A stretch of 64,000 nucleotides of DNA from Takakia lepidozioides (Eukaryota; Plantae; Bryophyta). Under the pieces are notes generated by a model. The model did not search any database. It was not told the DNA's origin and saw nothing but the letters and a program-made list of their open reading frames with translations. Shown piece after piece: positions 1-10,847 of this stretch. Position 1 is the stretch's first letter. Each line of letters opens with the position of its first letter. Location of the stretch: assembly GCA_030704615.1 (NCBI GenBank), contig CM060734.1:58900001-58964000 (forward strand), written 5' to 3'. The position numbers and the translations under genes were made by a program.

Positions 1-720
1 GTGTTGACATTAGCAACCAGCAAGCTAAAAGGTGCATGGGTTTTTGAGGGGAAACCCCCCAGAGGCAGATCGGTGTTGTTTTGTACTTACCACGATCTGT
101 TAACTGAGGGGAGGAAAGCGTGGTTCAATGTCTGTGCAGCTCTTCCCAAAACTTCGGAGCAACGAGGGAGGAAATTGCTTCAAGATTTCCACGACTCCCG
201 GGGCAAAGGCAGCTTGCTCGGCTCCAATATTTCCAACACACATTTTGCGTGGCACCAATCAATCCCCTCCCATTGGGAGGTCCCCTGGTGAAGGGGATGA
301 TGTTGATTACAATTGGCGGCACAGGCGGGCTAGGGACCCAAATTCCAAGCTCAGCTCAAGTTCTGAATGCAGCACATTTGTGTTCTGCTCCCCCAACTCG
401 CCTTCTCTCCCTCCCTGCTACTGAGAACACTCATGGACAGTATATCCCCAGCCACTCAGCACTCACTAGATAATCATCTAGTCTAGTAGGTCCTTCCTCT
501 TATCACCGCACTCACTTCATTCCCTCATCGCAATTCAAGCTCTCTGCTCTTCGTCTCTCTCTACCCCTCTGTAGCAAGCTGGCTAGGGTCTCGGGGGAGT
601 GCCCCCTTAGTAAGCCTTCACGGCCTTCCTTGGTGGTTATTTTTCCACTTTTGTGATACTTTATTTAAATAATTTGATTAAAAGGGTCTCCGTCCCCGTT
701 CTATCAAATAAATAAATAAA
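1..720 (+). mobile_element. Probable 3' remnant of a LINE (degenerate ORF2 C-terminus plus (AAAT)n tail)
   Basis: ORF 1-291 loosely resembles the LINE C-terminal region at 17220-17430; (taaa)n run at about 706-720. No RT motif visible. Confidence 0.3.
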
Positions 721-750
721 GAAGTGAATATTCCAATATTATGGAACCGG

Positions 751-784
751 CTGGTATTGAAAAATAATTGTTTTTCAATACCAG
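751..784. repeat. 14-bp perfect hairpin (ctggtattgaaaaa / tttttcaataccag), probably TE subterminal sequence
   Basis: Arms 751-764 and 771-784 are exact reverse complements; ccggctggtatt recurs at 788-799. Confidence 0.6.
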
Positions 785-1302
785 GACCCGGCTGGTATTA
801 TAAAAAGTAATACCCGCCCAACAGTGGTTTGGTATTATACCATACCCAAATACATACCACATAGGTTGCTGTTAACGCGCGTACGTAGATTTGAACCTTG
901 GCACGCTCACCTAGCCTAACGAAAGCGGCTCGATGGATGAGACATAGATGAAGTTAAGAGCATCCATCGTTGATCCATTCTTCTCTCTCCTCTCTCCTCT
1001 CGTCTCTCTCATGATCTCAACGGGGTATTGGAAAGGGTGATGTTTTGTTGAAGAGTGTGGACGTGCATTCTGCGAATGAGGGATGCTCTTTATTACACTT
1101 GGATTTGTGGAGTTGGACCCCTTCGCCTTGCTTTCCTTGGACTCTTCAGGCCTGCAGGCCTGTCTTATCTCAAAAGTGGAACTCTTAAATTGCTTTCTCA
1201 TGAGCCATGATTTAAACGGGAATTATGACTGATCTAGACTAGTGTGCATGCTGCATATAATTTCTACCTCTATAGACTGAAGTAGAGAGTCGTCGCTGGC
1301 GG

Positions 1303-4300
1303 CTACAGCTCACCAAAGACATCGGCAAAGTGATCCCACACGTAGTTCCCTACCTGTACCGGCCAGCCAAGAATATGAATGTATGTACAACTGTCAACAA
1401 TTTTACTCAAAAACATTCGTGCAAAGAATTAGAACGGTAGAATGAAAGCTTTTTATGCACACAGCCCAGAGATAGCCCACCGGAGCTTAATGCACTCGGT
1501 TGTACACATGCTAGATTGGAAACCAGGTGTAGAGAGTCTTGTTGTGTACCTTGAGTCCGATTTTGATGCCATCAAAAGCAGATTTTGGGAAGTGAACACC
1601 TCCATAGATCCTGCCAGGTTCACGCTCCAGATTAATGAGCACTCTTACAAACACACAATCAACTGGATTATTGTAGTAAGTGTGATTGGATTTTCAGTGG
1701 GATTGATCAGTTGACACAAGCTGGCAGTTTACCTTGCAAGAGAAGAGAGAGCGAGATAGAGCTCACATGAATAAATTGATTACAAGTTACCTGCTGAGAG
1801 CAACTTCGGTTTTAACGTCGTCGATGGTGTTGTATGTGCGGGGCGGCAGATAATATCCCTCAGATTGGACAACATATGGTCCATTGGGTGTTCTTTGGGA
1901 AGTTAATATGCTTAAGAATTTGGCCAGAACCATTGCCCAAGTGCCGGTGGGGGTACAATGAGTGCTTGGATACTCGGGGTGCGGTGGAGTACGTAGCACC
2001 GGTGTAAAGCTTGGGTCAGGCTTGTGTGTTGGATCGCCTTGCCTGAGTGTTCAAATAACGCAGCACTCGCAAAAATCGTCAGTCTTTGATACAATACTCT
2101 TCCTGAAGCAATTGCAAAGGAGAAATCATAGGGTCCAACCTGGAGAGAGAGAGGTTACTGCTGTGACCATGTCAAGACAAGATAATCTGACTGATTCAAA
2201 CACTTGATCTTTCTAGAATTTCATTAATTGCATCATCAGGCCCAGGCAGTTACTTTACAATCGAGATCTTTTTTATTTTCAGTTTACCGAGAGTTTACCT
2301 CTAGTCCTGGAGGTGGGTGGGAAGTTAGAGAGACTTAAACTATCCCAAGCTTCAGTTCCCACAACCCTATAAGCTTAACACTTAACACCACATTGACGGT
2401 CTAGCACTAAACAAACAAGACCACCAGCTCAGATGGAAGTCAAAGCTGCTGCCGAATACATGATGTATTTCCATTACCTAGATTATATATATCTTAAATT
2501 TACGTATCAACATCACTCGAGTTAATGAGGCTTGGTTGCTTGGCATAGAGTCTGGAAACCTCACGAAGGGCATTCTTGGTTGATAACAAGGTTAGGAGAA
2601 GAGACCCATCAAACAGCACAGCCACTGCTTGCTTATATCAAGATAACTTAGAGTAGGCAAAGACTCACATGCTCCCATACCAACCACAGCGCATCACACA
2701 GTGTGCAACAATAGGCGCTGGTGATTAGTGAGGAATAGCATGCAGGATAATTTTTTGGCGCCGCCTAGTTGTTATGATCCATGATGTACACCAAGGAAGA
2801 TAGTGGAATGGAGCAACTTAGTCTATCAGCCAAGGTTGCAAAGTTCTAGCAGATCAATGCATGCATAGGAAATTAGTTATAAGGAAACCTTAAATTAGCC
2901 CATGCTCTCTACGGAATAGTGCCCTTCTTGGGGATATCAATTGCTCCTCCTTCACACGCCTTGATTGAGGATAATTGGGACGTGGCTAGTGAGAGGCGGG
3001 AGAGATCCAACCTTCTTTGGAATCTAAGTTGGTGTGTAAAAAAGTCAGTGGTGACGGTAGTTACTCTCTGCGTCAAGTTTCGCATAAAGCCTATTAGTGC
3101 TGGCCACGCACAGTGGCTCATTTGGTGAGCCATGCTGCCAGCAGGAGTTTCGAGGCTCATGACTCTGGAATAAAAGTTCATAGTCTGTTGGGCCTCTCAC
3201 AATCTCTTTTGCGATTGGGAATTGGGGCTTGGTAGGTTAAAGTGGCATGTCATGCCACCTACTTGTTTTCTTCCTCCAGGAGGGTTTTCGGTTCTATTGA
3301 ATAAATCTCTTTCCTTTGCACTGCGGGGCCAAAAAAGAATAGTGCCCTCTAGGTGTAACCCGGGTGATGATTGGAGAAGAGGCCACGGATGTTGTCAATT
3401 TCTAGTTTCACCCACGTCCAGTATTCGATAGATTTTCCTTCCAGCTTAGATATATATATGCAGACTGAACTGCTCCTCTTCATACCCACACCACACCTTT
3501 GAGGCATAGAAAAGAGAGGTCCTACCCCAACTCGAGCCTTATATTAAGTGCTTCTAGAAACCTTCGGAATTGAGAGAGATCGGGTTGGCATGAGGATAGT
3601 TTGCAATCACTGAAGCCACCAACTAGTCGGTGGCTTGAGCAGGTTGGATAAAGAACGGAGTGCCACCCGGGTAACCTCGGGTAATACTGCCAGGCTCAAA
3701 TCCTACTACCTAGTTGTGTGCACGGTATTATCTTTCTTCCCTTCCCTTGGGCGGTGGCGCATCATGAGCCTTGTGCATGGTGAGGTCACTTTGATTTCTG
3801 AGGTCAGAGGTTATAAATCACTAGATGATTTCAAAAGCCAAATCCTTAATTTCCAGGGGTTACATGTGTCCTTCAGTAATGCCGTCTGGTCATCCTATTG
3901 CTCAGGGAAAAAGCATGAGGGCGGGCAAGTGGATAGAGGAGAGAGCACCTGAAGGCGGTGATGGGACGCCAGAATCGGTATTTGTCGTACATGTACCACC
4001 CCACAATGGAAGAATCGTATGCAGCCACACTGAGTGTCGCAAAGAGCTTGGATGTTTCCGGGAGGGTCAGATTTGGGCCGGTGATGCTCAAAGTGACGTT
4101 GAACAAATGACCCACAATAGTCGACGTGTCTGCAGCAGTACAGCATTGTAAGTTCAAATACGACCCATCTTGACAACTGGTGATCCCTGGAGCAATTAAA
4201 TAATCTTATGCATGCCCAGGGAACTTGCTAAGCAATTGAGTTTAGGCGAACGATAGAGTAGCAAGGTTTTGAGCTTAAACATACTTGCTGGATCTTCCCA

Positions 4301-5754
4301 GAACCTGGCTGTCTCCTTCTCAAACTCCGTCTGGACTGGCGAGTTTGCGTTTCCAACAGTAGCAACTATATGGTAGTTCTTATCATACTGTGCGCTCGGA
4401 ATCTTCAATGGACCTCCGAAAACGTCAAACTCTTTTGAAGATTTGATGACAAAAGGGAGAGTATGGCCCAATTGTGGGTAAAGAGCAAACGTCTGGTTAG
4501 GAGTGAATTGATACTCTCCTACAGGACCTCCCGGTGGAGCGGGACGAAACTTCGCCCAAGTCTGGCTTCCATCGAGTATTCTGCACAACAATGTCGATCA
4601 TAGTATAAGATCTAGTAATGCCTTGCAGAAACACTGTAAACACGATCTGATTATATTTCTTGGGTAGAGTCCTAAATGAATACTACATTAAATGTGGTTA
4701 ACAGGAAAAATTGAGGTCCCTCGGGACGGATTCGAAGATTTATATATGTACCTTTCGCGCAGAAGATCTTTGGCAAATTCAAAAGCCAGTCTCTGCGATT
4801 GGGCATCCTCTTCCTTTGAGAGGTTCAGTTTCGTTACTTGTGAGTCAATGACGCCGTCAAATATCGGCGACTGCTCTGCAGGAAAAAGTCTGCACAAGAG
4901 AGATTGACAAAATCAGCTTGTCCTGATCCTATCTCCTTTTCAAGATAAGGGCCTGATCACGGCCACTAATGGACTTTCTAAGCTCACTTCTCAAGAGCAG
5001 ATAGGGGTCCACATTTCGACTACTCCCACTAAGATTCAATGTCAAGAAATGTTCAAAGATATTCGTCCTTACTCCGAGAGGACATAGTGAGCAGCATATG
5101 CAGCAGCTGCTTCGGGATGCGAGAAGTCCTCGCGGTAGGCTGACTGAAGAGCCTTGTATTGTGAGAGGTGTACAAAGGAAAAAGTCCGAGAAGAGATCTG
5201 ACTTGGCAAACCTAGTGTGCGGATCACCTATGTACACAAGGCAGCCCAGATTTTAATGTGAGCTGAGAGATCCTCCTAGGTAGGTAGTGAATTACATATT
5301 CCTCGCGCTAGACAAAAACCCACATTGGATACAGGTCTCAATCTTGAACTAGCTTCAAAAGGCTGACACATGAGGACCTGTTATTCAAAATGAGCTAGCT
5401 AGTTGAACATTCTGACATCAAACGTTCACAACTTGTGTACTGAACATTTAGTACTAGATACAGGATTTTCTCAAGCTAGATGTGCGCTCAACTTTTATAA
5501 TGAACTGAACACTACTAATCTTCAATGACAGTTCATTACAACTAACCGGCGCAAGAGCTTGAGAAGTTGCGTTCAGTTCTAATGTGGTCATGGATCACGA
5601 GACGATCAACTCGTGCACTCACCCGCTGCGTCACTGCATTCCACTGCGTGACAACATTATCGACGCCTTCAATCACCAATCCAGAATCTGCACGAATGGA
5701 GCTCAAACTGAAAACCCACCCCGCCATCACTAACAGACACCAAGCTCGCCCCAT
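1303..5754 (-). CDS. Vanadium-dependent haloperoxidase-like / PAP2-superfamily protein with signal peptide; 8 exons, 421 aa
   Basis: Exons (-): 5754-5623, 5227-5073, 4889-4752, 4580-4285, 4129-3949, 2042-1791, 1610-1550, 1353-1303. Total 1266 nt, all introns GT..AG with matching phases, no internal stop. Protein: MGRAWCLLVMAGWVFSLSSIRA (signal-like), DNVVTQWN, EAAAAYAAHYVLSELFP, ETARFW, AAYDSSIVGWYMYDKYRFWRPITAFR, TPPHPEYPSTH, SRIYGGVHFPKSAFDG, VGNYVWDHF. These match the three PAP2/VHPO motifs (KX6RP, PSGH, SRX5H). Confidence 0.88.
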
Positions 5755-5853
5755 TTGCACCCGCATTCTCACAGTCCAAGACTAGATGGTAACAACGGTG
5801 TACAGCTCAGTGCAGTGTTGACGTTGCTCTCGCTACAAGTTCACCACTCACTC

Positions 5854-5860
5854 TTTTATA
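5854..5860 (-). promoter_or_regulatory. Candidate TATA box of the haloperoxidase-like gene
   Basis: TATAAAA on the minus strand about 100 bp upstream of the ATG at 5754. Confidence 0.5.
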
Positions 5861-5924
5861 AACTCTACTCATCACTATAGTAAGTCGTAGCGCACGTCCG
5901 GCTGCGTACTGGGAAACATCATGT

Positions 5925-6035
5925 AAACGACGACTTTTTTTAGGGTTAAAGGAAAGTCGTCGTTAAAGGGAAGTCGCTAAAGGAAAGTCCTTCCTATGAA
6001 CTTTCCTTAAACGACTTTCCTTTCCTTTCCCACAG
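5925..6035. repeat. Clustered short direct/inverted repeats (aaggaaagtc / gactttcc), TE-subterminal-like
   Basis: Several copies in both orientations within about 110 bp. Confidence 0.45.
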
Positions 6036-6464
6036 ACTTTTGTTTTGTTTTTTTCTTTTTCCCATACACTTAGGACTTAGTATGGAAGGACTATGGAAGT
6101 CACGTTCCACCTCTAAAAACAAAGTCAGGTTATTTTCTTTTTCATTTTTCAAGGGAAACACCTGGGAGCTGAAATTAGTGTGAAGTACTTATTGAATTGC
6201 ACATTCATGGCAGCTTGTTTATAAGTACTTTTAGCATTTAGGGTTTGTTGTTAACATTTATCCAAGGCCAGATTCCTGAAGGGAGTTTGACACACACTTT
6301 TATTTTAAATTTTTTGTGGGTGGAAGACCGTGAAGGGTGGAAGATAAGAGGAATAATGTAAGAACTTAATGCACACATGCAACCTCAGGACAGGATGGTA
6401 CGCGGTTTCCGGCATGTCAAATCTGCCCCACCCTCTCTTTAGAGTGAGATGGAACTGAAGGAGT

Positions 6465-6705
6465 GTCAACTCCAGTCGGGGTTACACTATGAGGTGTGTA
6501 ACTCCACTTGGGGTTACATCGGGTTACACGACGAGGTGTGTATCTCCACTCGGGGTTACACAGAATCGAGTGTAACTCCAATCGGTGTAACCCACACTTG
6601 GTCTCGAAATTTGACTAAGTCCAAATGTGGCTAAGTATAAAATGGACCAACCAGAGTTTCATGAAAAATTGGGGTTACAGAGGGTTACATCGACCGGGGT
6701 TACAC
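6465..6705. repeat. Array of ggggttacac / gtgtaactcc motifs in both orientations (TE subterminal repeats)
   Basis: About 10 copies visible, e.g. 6478, 6510, 6552, 6671, 6696 and inverted at 6496, 6570, 6586. Confidence 0.55.
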
Positions 6706-7460
6706 TGCCACAACCACCCATTAGGAACTCGTGACGGGTCCATCCCGCCCAGGTGGAGGTACTCGAAGACGACATCCCCATCATAAGCATCCGGCAAGAA
6801 CTCCACACGCTCAATAGGGACAGTCTCCTAGTCAATCCCCCGCAATTCACTCTGAAAACCGGGCATTCCTCCCATTGACTTCAGTTTTGGAATGACACTG
6901 ATGAGGTGTGTCACTTGCGGCTTGACGACCGGCGTTGTTTGCATAGAAATTGGGATGCTGGGAACGTCCTCGGAGGAGGAGTCTGAGAGCTCAACTATTG
7001 GGGTGGAAGTAGTGGTCTCCGTCTTCACGACAATATTCCTTTTCTCTTGAGCAACAGAACCAGCAGTTCCCGGGGAGACATACGAACCAATGGACTGCCG
7101 CCGAGGAGCTCCGACGACCCTGTATCTTCCTGGAGGCACTCTCCACTGACTCACAAGAGAATTTTCATCCGAATGAGTACTTGATGAACTTCCCATTGAC
7201 ATCGTAGACCTCTCTTTCGAGGAAAACAGTGTCAATCTGGTACTCGAAATGCGTTGCCAGGTGATGTTCCTGCAATTGTGTAACCATTGGAATCGGCATC
7301 CTTCGAGAAAGGGACAGGTTTCTCCACAGAGTAAAACTCCGCTTCAGAGGAACCCATGGTGAAGGACGAATAATTCCGAGCTAGACGAAGCTCGAAAGTG
7401 GAGAGGCCCACGATTTCCGTGCGACATCTGTTACAAACGGAGTGGATTTCGTTCATCAAT
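6700..7460 (-). pseudogene. Degenerate TE-associated ORF of unknown family
   Basis: ORFs 7232-7459 and 6828-7235 continue past a stop as ETVPIERVEFLPDAYDGDVVFE; adjacent to subterminal-like repeats. Confidence 0.3.
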
Positions 7461-8057
7461 AGTTGAGAGACAGTTAAAGAGTCCTTGAGGAACAGTTGTG
7501 TAAACAGATGTCAAGCAGTTATGTGCCTGCCCACACCCAGTGCAAAAGACGGCGGAACCGGAAAATCTGGGATACAATGCCTTTGTAATGTTTTCAGGCA
7601 CGTGGGCCCAGACATTGCATTCATAACACGGCTGCCAAAATGGGTGCAGAACCAATGAGAAGTTTTGAACCGCCGCAATGCACAAAATCCACTTGCACAT
7701 GTATGGACATCGGATCCAAGGTACGGCCACGAGGGGTGACGGCGGCCAGTGCCAAATGCACAAATGTTCATGTGCTACGTGGACACGTCTGAGGTGAACC
7801 CATGCATAACCATCGCAAGCAAGGCCCCGCCTGCATCCCCTCGTACAACGTCTCTGAGCCCAGCAGATCCTCATTTTCAAGCTGGAGACTAGCAAGAGAC
7901 TAAATTCCCACCGAGAGAGTGGTAGGCGTAGAAGGCAGTCTTTCTTCTTCACCTCAGCGCGATTTAGGAAGAGGGCGAGAGAGAGAATGAGAGGTCGCAA
8001 GCTGGATTTGACGCTTCAAGATATAGCAGAGGAGAGATCGCCCTGGAAACAGAACAC

Positions 8058-9380
8058 ATGACTGTGCAGGACCAGGCGATCGGGGCTTCCCAAGGAGGGG
8101 ATGAAACACCATCAGAGAGCGACACAGATGATGTGGACACAGAGGAGCCTGACGTTGTTGCTAAGGAACCCACGCCAAAGGGGAAGAGTGTTGTTGAGAA
8201 CGAGGCGACGCCGAAGAGGAAGAAGGTTGCGCAGACGGGTAGTGCCGCTGTATCCAAGGCATCAGGGAGTGCTCCCCCGAAAGGACCACATGTGATGATC
8301 TTCCTTCCTCTCTTTTGGTGCAGATTGAAGGGCATGGAAATTGCCTGCACTGACGCACGAAATTTCATGCCCTGCATTCATGTCTTTTCCACTTCAGAGT
8401 TGAGTGAAGTAGATCAAGGTGTCACAGATGGGTGTTCTGCTAGTTTTTCATTTACTCAATTTTTTTGTTCACTAAACAAGAAAGGGAGGCTGGGTTGGGA
8501 GCAGCACCTTGAGAGCACCTCAAGAAAATTGCGTGCGTCAACGCATGCAATTTTTGGAGGTGCTCTGAAAGCCATGTTATGCACTCAGCATCTCTAAACG
8601 CAGCCATCAACAGAGGAAAATGGGCTGCATGATATCAGCTACAGCATTCTCTGCATGTCCCTAAGAGAACCCCAAGAATTTGCGTGCGTCAACGCGCTCA
8701 ATTTCGGAGGGTGCTGTGATGGATATCTAGAGCTGTAAACAAATCTGAATGCCTGAATGTGTGAGCACAAAAAGATTGTCTTAAATCCACGAAAAACACT
8801 TCAGAGCACCCACCAAAATTGCGTGGGTTGACGCACGCAATTTATGGTGTAGTTCTGAAGGAGTGTGGGTCTCTCATTTCCGAGATCAATGCACATTACT
8901 TGAAGAGAAAATGTACAGTCTGCAGAGGCTTCAGAATTGCGTGCGTCAACGCAATCAATTTATGACATTGCTTTTACATGGAGAATTTTTCTTTTTGAAT
9001 ACAGGCGAAGAAAATGAGAGGTGTTCCCTTGGAACAGGATGAAGACGAAGAGCACGATGAGGAAGACGATGGCAGGCCATACCATGACAAGGCAAAAGAT
9101 CTGTTGTCCTTCTCGAAAGTGAACTCAACCCAAGTCATCAAGGCCATGGGCGTTCCTAGGGGGAAATTAATGATCCCATTGTGCAGGTTGATCTCCATGT
9201 CGTTCGTCCGACCAGCCCTCACGAATGACATTGCAAAGCTGGAACAAGATTTTTCCATGGGTACATGAGGGTCAATCTGTGTTTTACGTTTCGTTGGGCG
9301 ACACCAACGGCAGGGAAGTTTTGGTGGACGAGACCATTGTTGGAGGCTGGGATCCAATTTGGCGACATATCAACGACGAG
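8058..9380 (+). pseudogene. Probable two-exon repetitive/TE-associated gene fragment (acidic/basic N-terminus; IPLCRL..VRP..KLEQDF..VFYVS block), truncated by the LTR element
   Basis: ORF 8058-~8240 has an NLS-like TPKRKK. Acceptor-like aatacag at about 8998-9004. ORF 9014-9268 continues after a frameshift as HEGQSVFYVS...WDPIWRHINDE up to the integrase junction at about 9380. Confidence 0.35.
8339..8962. repeat. Five spaced ~28-bp imperfect palindromes (aaattgcgtgcgtcaacgcacgcaattt consensus)
   Basis: Copies at about 8339, 8527, 8677, 8816 (inverted) and 8935, with unique spacers. Confidence 0.75.
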
Positions 9381-10329
9381 TAGATGACTTACTTTATTTC
9401 AAGGGACTTCTCTATGTACCTCCAGGACCTACACGACTTCAAATTCTTCAAACATGTCATGATCTTCCGGCTGCAAGACATTTCGGCTTCAACAAAACAA
9501 TGGAATTGATATCCAGGGACTATTGGTGACCGCAGATGTGGAAACTCGTGAAAGAATTTATAAAATCTTGCGACACGTGTACTAGAGCGAAGGGACCACG
9601 ACATCGACCTTATGGCCTTCTTCAACCATTACCCATTCCCAAGGATCCATGGTCGTCAGTGTTTATGGACTTTATTACGGACCTTCCAATTTCCAAGACC
9701 ACCGATTCAATCCTTGTTATTGTAGATCGTTTTACGAAGATGACACATTTCATTCCATGTAATAAGACGGTAACCGGCAAAGAAACTGCAAGACACTTCC
9801 TCAATAATATCTACCGCATTTATGGACTCCCGAAGAACATCGTATATGATCGAGGACCACAGTTCATATCAAATTTCTGGAGGGGATTATTTCACATATT
9901 GGATACTAAGATCAACCTCTCTACAGCTAATAATCCACAGACTGATGGTCAAACCGAACGCGTAAACCAGATTTTAGAGCAGTATCTTCGTTGTACGATA
10001 TATTATCACCAAGATAATTGGACGGACCTTCTGTCATTGGCTGAGTTTGCCTACAACAACACTATACATTCTTCGACCAAGCAAACTCCATTTTTCTCCA
10101 ATTATGGTCATCATCCTCGAGCAAACCCTTTCCACGTGAACTGTTGGAAGCCATGCTGCAGAAAACCTTGCTACTTATCTTGTTACGATTCACAATGAGC
10201 TTACATTTCACCTCGCAGAAGCTAAAAAACAATACAATGAGTATGCAGATCAACATCGCCAACTCAAATCCCAGTTCAAGGTCAGAGATCGTGTGTGGCT
10301 TCTTCGACGGGACGTACAAACCTCGCGAC

Positions 10330-10847
10330 TGTCAAGGACGAGAATATAACTGAACACAAACAAGAGATTAGACTAGAAGTACAAGACTAGACAAGAAGTC
10401 AAGGTCGGCGTGGCCGAATGCTTGGTGGATAAACATGAATCAAGTCTTTATAACAATGGACAAAAGTACAAGTAACTGGAACTCGACTCGAATACTAGAA
10501 TACTGGAAGCTGGACTGGAATACTAGGACTAGGAACAAGAGTAGCTTGAATTTGTGTTGGCGAGACTGAAGAGTGTCCAGTCTCGCCTCCTATATATACT
10601 GGCTACTAGGAGGTTCCCTAAGATGTTTCCCCAAATGAGGTTTCTTGATGGAGAAGTTTCCTCCAAAGGAAGCTTCCTGAGCAGTTTCCCAAGTTACTCT
10701 CGGTAATTTGGTAAACTCCCGGTAACTTGGTAATTTATGGTAACATATGCTAAATCATGATAAATCATGGTAACTTTTGGTAACATGGTAACTTAGTAAC
10801 TTCTGGTATTTACTCCTGGTAAATTCCTCTGGGCTACGTCCGTGACA
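10330..10847 (-). repeat. 3' LTR of inner chromovirus
   Basis: TG..CA ends; similar along its length to 13674-14186 and, inverted, to 15176-15815. Confidence 0.9.

Noticed and set aside
1511-1549. Read-through end of exon 7 (VHNKTLYTWFPI*) as the true C-terminus of the haloperoxidase-like gene
   Set aside because: The AAG|GTAC donor and a downstream exon (VGNYVWDHF) fit the family's C-terminal helix better; it remains possible as a minor isoform.
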